64,000 nt of DNA from Candidatus Krumholzibacteriales bacterium (GTDB lineage Bacteria; Krumholzibacteriota; Krumholzibacteriia; Krumholzibacteriales; WJIX01): NCBI GenBank assembly GCA_046483305.1, contig JAWODM010000072.1, positions 1 through 64,000 on the forward strand, in the 5' to 3' direction. Shown here piece after piece: positions 36,666-45,694 of the stretch. Both the position numbers and the translations under genes were made by a program. Numbering within the stretch: position 1 is the stretch's first letter; each line of letters begins with the position of its first letter. The notes beneath the pieces are model-generated. The model was not told where the DNA came from. It saw only the letters and a list, made by a program, of their open reading frames with translations, and did not search any database.

Positions 36666-38147
36666 TTAATCGACCGGCCTCAATAGATAGAGGGTATAGA
36701 CAACCGGTTTCTGCCTTCTTATGCCGAGGTTGGGTACCGTATCCGAGGTCACCGGTACATACTCCATCCCCCCGGCGATATTCCCTTTCAGCCGTTCCGC
36801 CCGGAAATCCCGGTCGATCAGGTAATCACATTTCTCCCGAAGGAAATACCCATCCCTTATTATTTTATCCACAGAAAGGCTGTCTCTCATTCTGTTTATC
36901 CATGGAGTAACCAGTCCGCCCAGGTCAAGCACTTCTCTCTCCGAGTAGAAACCGACAGCCCCTATATCGGGAGTTGCCACTACCGACTCTTCCGGAGTGT
37001 TAACCTCGAGCCACTTACCCATCGGTACCAGAACTTCCCTTACCCCCCTGGAAAAGGCCACGGTGGGTGGGACCACCACTATGAAGTAGAAGGCCAGGTT
37101 CTGAATCATCGCGGCGGCAACCAGAATTCTGAAAACCAGGCCCCTGCTGCGGGCCATACCTGCCAGAAGTTCTTCCAGAGCAAGTACACCCAGGACTATT
37201 ACCGCCGGGGAGACCGGAAGCAGATAACGGGAAAGTATATTGAAATCGAATATTACATATACAACCGGGAGTGATAATGCCCAGGAAGCGGGAAGAAACA
37301 GAGGGTGGGAGAACCTGTTCTTTTCTCTGAGCCTCCCTCCCTTAAGCAGCAGCCATAACAGGGAGAAAACCACCGGAAGAAGCAGAGTAGCCCCTATTAT
37401 TTTAACCGGCAGCACCATCCTTCTGAGCGCATGAATACTGAGGAAGGACCACCCCTGTTTGGCGCCGGCGGTAAGAGGAAAAAAGGTGCCGGTATGCGAC
37501 TTTGCTATCAGCAGCCATCCCCCGTAAAGCAAGGCAAATGCCGCCAGCCATGCAATTCTCAGAATCAGCTTCTCTCTTTTTATCAGAATGAAATATATAA
37601 TTGATATCGGGACCATCAGGAGAATTTCAGGCCTGGCCAGCGAAGCGGCGGCAAGCGTTATCCCGAAAATAACCGACCTCAGGACAGACTTCATGCTTCC
37701 CAGCGACAGAAACAGAAGCGCCATAACCATGAATACCGCGAATGAACTTTCCATTCCCACCGAGCTCCACCTCAGCAGCCACCCCTCCACCGAAAGGAGC
37801 AGAGCCGCCGCGCCGGCTGCTTCCCTCTTCCCGCCGATCCTGAGAACATAAAAGTAAACCAGGATAATCGACGCCGCCGCGAAGAGGTGTCCCAGGAAGT
37901 GAGAAACCGGTTCCAACGGCAGCCCGGCCTTGAAGAATAAAGCCAGCAGAAACACCCAAAGCGGGCTGGTTGCGCCGTAACTGGGGACGGAGCTGTTGAA
38001 GGCAAGCTGGCAATCTTCGGCCAGGTTGCGGGCATACTGGTAATGAATATAGGTATCATCGATTACCGAGCCCATCAGAGGTATGGTGAGCAGCAGGTAG
38101 AGAAGAACCGGCACAGCCGGGATAATCATATCTTTTCTATTCATCAA
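36666..38147 (-). CDS. GT-C-type membrane glycosyltransferase (ArnT/PMT-like)
   Basis: First loop with IDDTYIHYQYARNL, GATSPLW, GMES, ARPE, RYLLP; many hydrophobic helices; periplasmic C-terminal domain DIGAVGFY...DLGGL. Confidence 0.72.
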   Translation of the reverse strand: MMNRKDMIIPAVPVLLYLLLTIPLMGSVIDDTYIHYQYARNLAEDCQLAFNSSVPSYGATSPLWVFLLALFFKAGLPLEPVSHFLGHLFAAASIILVYFYVLRIGGKREAAGAAALLLSVEGWLLRWSSVGMESSFAVFMVMALLFLSLGSMKSVLRSVIFGITLAAASLARPEILLMVPISIIYFILIKREKLILRIAWLAAFALLYGGWLLIAKSHTGTFFPLTAGAKQGWSFLSIHALRRMVLPVKIIGATLLLPVVFSLLWLLLKGGRLREKNRFSHPLFLPASWALSLPVVYVIFDFNILSRYLLPVSPAVIVLGVLALEELLAGMARSRGLVFRILVAAAMIQNLAFYFIVVVPPTVAFSRGVREVLVPMGKWLEVNTPEESVVATPDIGAVGFYSEREVLDLGGLVTPWINRMRDSLSVDKIIRDGYFLREKCDYLIDRDFRAERLKGNIAGGMEYVPVTSDTVPNLGIRRQKPVVYTLYLLRPVD

Positions 38148-39430
38148 TCTCCAATCACCTCGCGGAGAACCCTGTTGAACTCTTCCGCCTCGGCCTTCCT
38201 TGAAAACCGGGGAACCTCTTCCAGGGAATAACTATCCTCCAGTTTCCCCTCCAGGTAAAGGTTGTATAACTTCTCTATCTTCTCGGATATATCCTGTGGA
38301 TCTGAAACAGAGGCTGTCTCTCCCCTGTTCAGCATGCGGACGATCTCGCCGGCTTCACCCTCCGGGACCACGGCCAGGACCGGCCGCCTCGCTCCTATAT
38401 ACTCATAGAGCTTGCCGGGAATCAATCCCCGGTACCGCAAATCGTCATGCTTGATAAGAAGCAGGACGTGGCTTTTTTTCTCCTGCCTGACGCATTCGCT
38501 GTGCGGAAGATGGCCTTTAAAATCGACCACTTCTTCCAGGCCCAGTCTATCCACCCACTCCCGGTTGTTCGACTCCCAGGCCCCGGCGAAGATCACATGC
38601 AGCGATTCGGGACCGGCCCCGGTCCGCTTCATGAAAAGCGACAGCCCCTCCAGGAAGTTCCTGGATTTTCTTCCCAGGGTAAGCATCCCGGTATGCAGAA
38701 AGGTGAACCTGTCCGGATCAGGTTTCAAACCTTCCAGCCTCTCAAACTTCTCGCTGTCATATCCATTCGGTATTTTCTCGACCCGGGCAGACGGGTAAAG
38801 CCGCAGCAGTTTCTCCCTCTGCCAGTCGGTGGTTACCACGACCAGGTCCGCTTCAGCGGCGCGCCTCTCCATATTGCGGTGCAGATAACGGTGAAGCGGG
38901 GTCACCGGATCCCGGAGGTACAGCCCTATCCAGGGATCCCTGAAATCTACCACCCATGGAATTCCAAACCGCCCCGACAGTCTCCCGGCAGCCAGATGAG
39001 TGCTGTCCGGAGGACTGGTCGAATATACCAGATCGAACCTCTCTTCAGAACATAATTCTGCAGCCGCCCTTGTTGCGAAGGGAACCCAGCCCACATAGGT
39101 ATCCGGGAGCAGTATTAATTCTCCGAGTTTCCTCAATATCTCAAACCTTCCGGAAGACCTGGCCGCCTTATTCCCGCTGCCGCGGCTGAATCTGTTCAAC
39201 AGCCGGGAGGCGGAAAGCGAACCTGTCCTGACCACCCTCACTTCCGGCGGAATCTCCCACTCCAGGCTGGGATCGCTGATCCAGAATTCACCGGCCCTGG
39301 GTGTAATCACAGTCACTTCCCAGGACAAACCAGGCAGATATTTCACGAATGACAGGGGCCTGTATACCCCTCCCCCCGCAGCGGGCGGGAAGAAATTTAT
39401 CAGCATCAATATTTTCTTCTTTCTCATCAT
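38144..39430 (-). CDS. Glycosyltransferase family 4
   Basis: FPP..GGGV.R, DFRDPW, IPNGYD, PGKLYEY; the ATG at 39430 overlaps the flippase stop (ATGA). Confidence 0.88.
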   Translation of the reverse strand: MMRKKKILMLINFFPPAAGGGVYRPLSFVKYLPGLSWEVTVITPRAGEFWISDPSLEWEIPPEVRVVRTGSLSASRLLNRFSRGSGNKAARSSGRFEILRKLGELILLPDTYVGWVPFATRAAAELCSEERFDLVYSTSPPDSTHLAAGRLSGRFGIPWVVDFRDPWIGLYLRDPVTPLHRYLHRNMERRAAEADLVVVTTDWQREKLLRLYPSARVEKIPNGYDSEKFERLEGLKPDPDRFTFLHTGMLTLGRKSRNFLEGLSLFMKRTGAGPESLHVIFAGAWESNNREWVDRLGLEEVVDFKGHLPHSECVRQEKKSHVLLLIKHDDLRYRGLIPGKLYEYIGARRPVLAVVPEGEAGEIVRMLNRGETASVSDPQDISEKIEKLYNLYLEGKLEDSYSLEEVPRFSRKAEAEEFNRVLREVIGD

Positions 39431-40980
39431 TCCCCTGCTTTCAGAAACCATCCGAAAACTCTTCTGCCCGTTTGAAATCTGATCATCGAGAGTATCGTCC
39501 TCTTATCGGTACCGCTGAAGAAGCCGGCCCGCGAGAATATCAACCTGGCTATGAAGGGGAAGACGGCCAGCCAGAGAACCGCCCCCGGAATTCCTGCGTA
39601 TTCGGCCAGGATAAACCCCGGCAGGGTCGCCGCCGCTATCAATCCTGTCACGGGCGCCAGCCCCCTGCCAACGCCCCCGTAGAAGCCCTTTCTCCTGGCT
39701 ATGGACACGGCGGCCGCCGTCTGGGCGGAAGCGGCCAGCAGCTGAGCTATCGCCATCCCTTTTACTCCCCACAGCGTAATAAAAACAGGAAATCCCCCGA
39801 AATAACAAACCATCCACAGAAAATCGCATAGGAGCGCATACTTTACGAAGTGCAGCGCCTTCATGGTAACCAGGAGCGGAGCGATGAAAGCCGCCACCGG
39901 AACCGCGGGAAGCAGTATCAACAGGACCGGATAGGCTGAAGCGTAATCGCTTCCCGAGATCATCATTATCACCTGCCTGCCCGCCACCGCCGCCGCCGCC
40001 GCCATCAGGAGCGAAATTACCAGGCTGACCTTGGTGAACAACCTTATCTGGCCCTTGAGCTCATTCCACCTTCCTTCTTCATAAACCCTGGTAACTTCCG
40101 GCTGAAGAGCTATTATGGGAAAGGCCAGAAATCTTTTTATCAGCTTATTAATCCTCTCCGCGACATGAAAAACAGAGACCAGGCCGACCGGTACCATGGA
40201 AGTCATAAGAAAACGGTCCACATCCTGAAACGCAAGCGCCACCATGCTGAGGATAAGGCTGATCCCCCAGTAAGAGGGCAGCGAAGGAAGAATGATATCA
40301 TCCCTGTCGATCTCTTCGGAACCTATCAGTCTTCTGGCCATGACGAAGTATATCGGATAACCGGCCGCGCATATCAGAAGATTCGCCGCCGCCAGCGCCC
40401 TGAAGAGAACCGCGATGCCCAGATCATCTCTGACTATGAAAATATATCCGGTGAACAGGGCCAGATATGTCAGTTCCAGCATCATCTGCGCGCCCATTGT
40501 CCTGAGTCCCTTGAAACCACCGTAAAGCAGGAGCTTGAGGGCCAGTGACACCGCGGCCACAGTCACCAGCGTTATAAGATCGTCAGTGATAATACCCTCG
40601 CTCATACTTGATGGTATCCAGTCCACCCAGATACCTGAGCCGGCATAAAGAACCGCCCCGAATAACAGAATAATCAGGGTAGAAAAAAAGAGCAGCAGGA
40701 TTGCCTTTCTCCGGTTTCCCCTTTCCTGGTAAGAGGGCAGGTACCTCATCAGAACCTGGGGCAAACCGATCAGATTCACCGTCGCCAGCAGGACCAGAAA
40801 TCCTCTCAGAGCTATAAATGTCCCGAATATATCCGCTTCCAGATATCTGCTGAGGATACCCAGCTGTATCAGAGTAAAGACAATACTGAACCCGCCGCAG
40901 ATCACCAGAGAAAGAGTATTCCTCACCAGCCTTGACTTCCCCCGGTTGCCCGCTATACTTTCCTGATCCACTTCCACCAC
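39427..40980 (-). CDS. Wzx-like oligosaccharide flippase (MOP/PST family)
   Basis: LVRNTL N-terminus, FG in the first loop, GLP...RY, DRF, many hydrophobic helices. Confidence 0.82.
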   Translation of the reverse strand: MVEVDQESIAGNRGKSRLVRNTLSLVICGGFSIVFTLIQLGILSRYLEADIFGTFIALRGFLVLLATVNLIGLPQVLMRYLPSYQERGNRRKAILLLFFSTLIILLFGAVLYAGSGIWVDWIPSSMSEGIITDDLITLVTVAAVSLALKLLLYGGFKGLRTMGAQMMLELTYLALFTGYIFIVRDDLGIAVLFRALAAANLLICAAGYPIYFVMARRLIGSEEIDRDDIILPSLPSYWGISLILSMVALAFQDVDRFLMTSMVPVGLVSVFHVAERINKLIKRFLAFPIIALQPEVTRVYEEGRWNELKGQIRLFTKVSLVISLLMAAAAAVAGRQVIMMISGSDYASAYPVLLILLPAVPVAAFIAPLLVTMKALHFVKYALLCDFLWMVCYFGGFPVFITLWGVKGMAIAQLLAASAQTAAAVSIARRKGFYGGVGRGLAPVTGLIAAATLPGFILAEYAGIPGAVLWLAVFPFIARLIFSRAGFFSGTDKRTILSMIRFQTGRRVFGWFLKAGE

Positions 40981-41906
40981 CTCTTCTCTGAAGTCACTAT
41001 CAGGTAATCTGAACGCTTCCCGCCCAGGGATTCCTTGAAGAATATCAGCCCTCTGTCACCCCCGCTGCTTCCCAGGTTGAAGTACCTCATCCCCTTTTCA
41101 TAAGCCTTCCTGACGGAATTGTATATCAGAAGAGTCGGGGCTCCCAGTTCATTTCCTTCGCCGGACACTCCTGAAATCCAGGCTTGAGCCATATTGCCGC
41201 CATAAAAATCGATATGACACCCAAGCAGCCTTCCATCAAGAAACGCCCCGGAAAAACCGAGGTCTGTTCCTGAATGTTCAAACAGATTCCGAAAGAATTT
41301 CAGAGGAAAGGGATGGACTCCCCCCCATCCTGAAGACCTCTCCCGGTATATCCTGTAGAAATCGTTCAGCTCGCGCTCAGTACTGAGCGCCCTTACTGTG
41401 ACGCCGGCCCTCCTGCTTCTCCTGCATACCTTTCTTTTGGTGCTGCTCATGCTGCGGGTTCTGTAATAATCAAAATCCTCCCTGAGTTCAATTATACGGC
41501 TCTCCGCCGGCTCCGCCGGAATATCCGGCGGTATCCAATCACTCCAGTCAGGATCGAAGATCACAGCGCTCGCGTTCAGACAGTTCATGCGGGCTGAAAG
41601 CTCAAGGAATTTTCTTATCATCAGCGACCTGACCTCCGGGCGGTGCGCCAGCGGGTTTCCATAAGTGGCGAACGGGAGGGAACGGAGGTAGAAAAAGATA
41701 TTCTTTCTGACTTTTATCGCCGGCATGGCTCCTTCCAGGCGGCTGTCATGGCGTGCGGTGATCCAGAAAGAGGAAAAACTGCGGAAGGAAGAAGATAATA
41801 ACCCGACCCAGTCTGCGGAGCTGAAGAAGGAGCTGAACCTGAAACCGCGAACCAGATCCGCAAGCTCATCCTTATTAATATTCTCTTCTATCTCTAATCT
41901 GACCAA
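40953..41906 (-). CDS. GNAT-fold protein (FemAB/BioF2-like)
   Basis: SLPFATYG, RKVCRRSRRAGVTV, FF..L, FNLGSS...GL..FKESLGG. Confidence 0.8.
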   Translation of the reverse strand: MVRLEIEENINKDELADLVRGFRFSSFFSSADWVGLLSSSFRSFSSFWITARHDSRLEGAMPAIKVRKNIFFYLRSLPFATYGNPLAHRPEVRSLMIRKFLELSARMNCLNASAVIFDPDWSDWIPPDIPAEPAESRIIELREDFDYYRTRSMSSTKRKVCRRSRRAGVTVRALSTERELNDFYRIYRERSSGWGGVHPFPLKFFRNLFEHSGTDLGFSGAFLDGRLLGCHIDFYGGNMAQAWISGVSGEGNELGAPTLLIYNSVRKAYEKGMRYFNLGSSGGDRGLIFFKESLGGKRSDYLIVTSEKRWWKWIRKV

Positions 41907-41912
41907 TAGTAC

Positions 41913-43340
41913 CTACCGCTCCGAACCTTCAAAGCCGGGCAGCAGCTCACTGAAAACCTTCATCAGTTTTTCTTTCCGGTCCCGGTATGCCAGTTTTAAC
42001 ATCCTCTCCAGGTCATCCTCCGTTATTTCCGGGAGCTCTGACGAGGATTCCGCAATCATGATTTTATCTTCACCCGAAGGGACCAGCCTTTCATCCTCGC
42101 CGACAAGCTGCTCGTGGGTCTTTTCTCCCTCACGAAGTCCCGTTATTTTTATGGGGATTTCCTTTTCGGGCTCGTGCCCGGAAAGAATTATTATATCCCT
42201 GGCCATATCATGAATGTTCAACGCTTCTCCCATGTCCAGGATAAAGATCTCCCCTCCCTTGCCGATCGCTGAAGCCTTCAGCACCAGCAGAGCCGCTTCC
42301 TTCACTGTCATGAAATACCTGGTCGCATCAGGGTCGCTGACCGTGACCGGGCCGCCTCTCTTTATCTGGCTGATAAACAGGGGCACCACGCTTCCCGCGC
42401 TTCCGATTACATTTCCAAAACGAACCGATATGAATCTGCACCCGCTTGCCGAATTGCTCAGAGACAGAAATCTTTCCATAATCCACTTGGTAGCGCCCAT
42501 AATCCCCCCGGGGTTGGCCGCCTTATCGGTGGAAATAAAAACAAAATTATGCGTTCCGGCCCTGCCGCAGGCCCGCATCAGATTCAGAGTTGCCCCTATA
42601 TTATTTATTACAGCTTCCGCGGGGTCTCTTTCCATGTAATGAACATGCTTATGGGCCGCCGTATGGTAAACTATATCGGGGGCCAGTCTTTCTATCATAT
42701 TCTCCGTCCTCCCCCTGTCCCTGAGGTTGTTGATTACGGTGGAGATATTCACCTCTACCGGCCCCGACTTCAGCTCTTCCTCTATACTGAATATTCTGTT
42801 CTCACCCCTTCCCAGGAGTATAAGTTCGGAAGGTTTGGAGCGCGCTATATATCTGCACAGCTGCCTTCCGATAGTTCCTCCGGCGCCGGTAACCAGCACC
42901 CGCTTCCCGGAAATAGTGCTTCTCATGAGTTCGATGTCAAAATCGACAGTCTCCCTTCCAAGCAGATCCTCGATTCTGACCTCGCGTATCTGATTTATGC
43001 TGACATCGCCCTTAATTATGCCCATTATGCCGGGAACAATCTTGTACGGAACACCGGCACTGTTACAGCGGTGTATCATTTTCCGCACGAAAGCCCCCCC
43101 CGCGGTGGGAATGGCGATTATTATCTCATCTATCCTCTTCTCTTCCACCCATTTCTCCAGAGAATCGGTTTTGCCCAGTACCGGCACCGAGTCGACCCGC
43201 CGGCCTATCAGGTCATCGTTATCATCCAGCAGCCCCACTACTCTCATTCTGACCTGCTCGTTACCGGCGGTCTCGGACAGTATCATTCTGGCAGCCTCAC
43301 CGGCTCCGACTATCAGAACCCTTTTCTTCTCCCTATTCAC
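41913..43340 (-). CDS. UDP-GlcNAc 4,6-dehydratase (CapD/PglF/WbpM-like) lacking the N-terminal membrane domain
   Basis: LIVGAGEA, IEDLLGRE, TGAGGTIG, HTAAHKHV, ISTDKA, MGATK, VRFGNV, RYFMT, GLREGEK. Confidence 0.92.
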   Translation of the reverse strand: MNREKKRVLIVGAGEAARMILSETAGNEQVRMRVVGLLDDNDDLIGRRVDSVPVLGKTDSLEKWVEEKRIDEIIIAIPTAGGAFVRKMIHRCNSAGVPYKIVPGIMGIIKGDVSINQIREVRIEDLLGRETVDFDIELMRSTISGKRVLVTGAGGTIGRQLCRYIARSKPSELILLGRGENRIFSIEEELKSGPVEVNISTVINNLRDRGRTENMIERLAPDIVYHTAAHKHVHYMERDPAEAVINNIGATLNLMRACGRAGTHNFVFISTDKAANPGGIMGATKWIMERFLSLSNSASGCRFISVRFGNVIGSAGSVVPLFISQIKRGGPVTVSDPDATRYFMTVKEAALLVLKASAIGKGGEIFILDMGEALNIHDMARDIIILSGHEPEKEIPIKITGLREGEKTHEQLVGEDERLVPSGEDKIMIAESSSELPEITEDDLERMLKLAYRDRKEKLMKVFSELLPGFEGSER

Positions 43341-45694
43341 CTTATGACCGCTACCTTTCTAATCTCATAACCTTTATCATTGCCTATCCTGATTAAATAC
43401 ACTCCCGATTCCGCCCGGAAACCGTTCATGGTGAGAAGGTCCCAGATCTGGCCTCCATCCGAGATATTTTCCTGACGATGAACCAGTTCCCCTTCGATAT
43501 TGAATATCTCAATATCGACCATACCCGCTATTCTGGAGATATAAACGCCCGAATCGCCTTCCCCGGGAACAACCGGGTTGGGATATATTATCGCCTCGGT
43601 TAGAGAGGCCCCGGTGAACAGAGCTATCTCGGCCTCTATACCCATCAGGCCGTTCCTGGTCCCCACCCATACACGGTCGGCCGATTCATCATAACAGATA
43701 GAATTGCATACCGCCGAAACCAGCGGGCTTATTATTGAATAGGGATACAACCCTGAAAGAGAGCTGGCCCACCGGTCATATGAGGTGTAAGCAGCTATCA
43801 CATCCCCATCCGGTCCTATCACGTTCAGGCCGTTATCGCTGGCGACCCATACTTTTCCGTAACGGTCCATTGCTATATCGTTCACATTATTGTTCAGAAT
43901 CCTTCTTTCCTTTTCCAGCTCCCCGGTCGAATACCTGCTCAGCTCCCCCCCGGAGTCTCTCTTGATCAGGCCCGCGGAAGTGGCAATCCATAAATTGCCG
44001 TTTCGTTCCTCCACCGCAGTCAGATCGGTGGTGGGAAGAGCCGAGCCGGGCACCAGAGGATACCAGGCATCCCCGCCTCCGCTGAGGTCGCTCCAGCCGA
44101 ACCCTCCTGTCTCCCAGACCACTATTCCATAATTCCTGACGGCCAGGTAGGCCCGTTCAGAGCTGAAAGCGCAATCGATGATATTACCTGATGGGAGATC
44201 GCCGGATGTGTTGTCAGGATTCAGATGGATCCACTCTTCCCCGGTGCTGCTGACGATGTCAATGCCCCAGCCTCCCTCATCCGGGTAAAGGTCATCAGAC
44301 AGAAACCAGATATTCCCTCCCGGGTCCTCCACGGCATTCTGATGCCTTATTGAAATTCCGTGTTCACTCCTGGAATAATGGGCCCACTGATCATCAGAAG
44401 CGGAAGTCCTGTCCCCAAGCTCTATCATGTCCAGGGGAAACTCCGAGCCAAGGACGGGGTCCCCGAAGGCATGGCACCAGAATCGGTCCTGCGAATCGCA
44501 CACAATCGCCAGATTGGTATGAATCGATGACAGCCCTTCTCCGCTCCCTTCATCGAGAGAGGTATAGGCAAAGTGCCCCTCCAGCCCGGAATAGTAGCTG
44601 ATTCCGTTGGTAACCGGGCTCATCCAGACCCCTCCGGCGGGGTCAGCGGCAACTCTGAGTATATTGTTATAGGTGATCTGTTCCGGCCTCTTGTTTACCC
44701 ATTGGCTGTCGGACCAGTCATAAACGTAGAGATTCACCCCTCTGCCATCATCCGGTTTAACCGCGCCTATCCAGGGATTCCCCTGCCGGTCCATTTCCAG
44801 CGCTCTGAGCTCAAAATCCCATCCGCTCCTGTAAGCGGCGGTAAAAACAGATTTCATGTTCCACCTGTCCACCGCCCTCCACCATGAACCGGTCCACTGG
44901 TAAAGCGCGAAATCGGTAATACAGTACAAATCGCTGCCGTCCGAATTCAGTTTGACGAATGAGCTGGTGTAGATATCTCCGTCAACATCGGTTATCCCGG
45001 AAAGGAAAGACCAGTCATCACCGTCAAAACGGTAAATGCTATCCGGGGAGGCGCAGTATACGGATTGATCGTGCAGGCACGCGGAGATAACAGGATCGTC
45101 AAAATCGTAGTGGTCGTAATGGAGTGTAAGCCTGTTGAACCTGGTAATACCGGCGCTGCTCGCTATCCATAGAACCGAATCGCTGGGAGCCGCTATATCA
45201 TAGACCTGCTCATTCTCCAGAAAATCTGATATTATGGCCTCTCTGCTGGGCAGCTCCTGAAAAAACTTTCCAATTCCCTTTTCGGATCCGTAGTAAATTT
45301 CGCCTCCAACAGCCTGAAGAGCCAGGATATTGTTATCTATCAGCCCGGTCTCCACAGAATACCAGTTCAGTTCCGGATCTGTGAAGGGATTATCGATTCT
45401 CACGATACCATGGGATTCGAAACCAGCCCAGATACTGCCGTCCCGGCCGAATGTAAGATAATCGACATGGGTGGATCTGAATTGGAGTTCCGGCCCGTAA
45501 TGGCTGAAAACCGAATCGGCAAGACTGTAAGTCAGTATTCCCCCGTCGGTGCAGCACCACATTGTGTCGCCCCTCAGGTAAATGTTATTAACCGCATTAT
45601 GGCAGAACTGCTGATCCCACCTCTGAGCTTCCGCGGAGGTGCCCATAGAGAAAGCGGCTATTATAACCAGGAATATAAATATTTTCTTCATCAT
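43337..45694 (-). CDS. PorZ-like beta-propeller protein with a T9SS-type/FlgD-Ig C-terminal domain
   Basis: Signal peptide; repeated D..G..W blades; C-terminal IYPNPV...IEIFNIEGELV...WDL...SGVYLIRI...KVAVIR. Confidence 0.75.
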   Translation of the reverse strand: MMKKIFIFLVIIAAFSMGTSAEAQRWDQQFCHNAVNNIYLRGDTMWCCTDGGILTYSLADSVFSHYGPELQFRSTHVDYLTFGRDGSIWAGFESHGIVRIDNPFTDPELNWYSVETGLIDNNILALQAVGGEIYYGSEKGIGKFFQELPSREAIISDFLENEQVYDIAAPSDSVLWIASSAGITRFNRLTLHYDHYDFDDPVISACLHDQSVYCASPDSIYRFDGDDWSFLSGITDVDGDIYTSSFVKLNSDGSDLYCITDFALYQWTGSWWRAVDRWNMKSVFTAAYRSGWDFELRALEMDRQGNPWIGAVKPDDGRGVNLYVYDWSDSQWVNKRPEQITYNNILRVAADPAGGVWMSPVTNGISYYSGLEGHFAYTSLDEGSGEGLSSIHTNLAIVCDSQDRFWCHAFGDPVLGSEFPLDMIELGDRTSASDDQWAHYSRSEHGISIRHQNAVEDPGGNIWFLSDDLYPDEGGWGIDIVSSTGEEWIHLNPDNTSGDLPSGNIIDCAFSSERAYLAVRNYGIVVWETGGFGWSDLSGGGDAWYPLVPGSALPTTDLTAVEERNGNLWIATSAGLIKRDSGGELSRYSTGELEKERRILNNNVNDIAMDRYGKVWVASDNGLNVIGPDGDVIAAYTSYDRWASSLSGLYPYSIISPLVSAVCNSICYDESADRVWVGTRNGLMGIEAEIALFTGASLTEAIIYPNPVVPGEGDSGVYISRIAGMVDIEIFNIEGELVHRQENISDGGQIWDLLTMNGFRAESGVYLIRIGNDKGYEIRKVAVIR

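Noticed and set aside
39988..40003. Short GCC trinucleotide run (similar run near 4976-4990)
   Set aside because: It encodes poly-Ala in a membrane helix; an in-frame triplet run is not a phase-variation tract.
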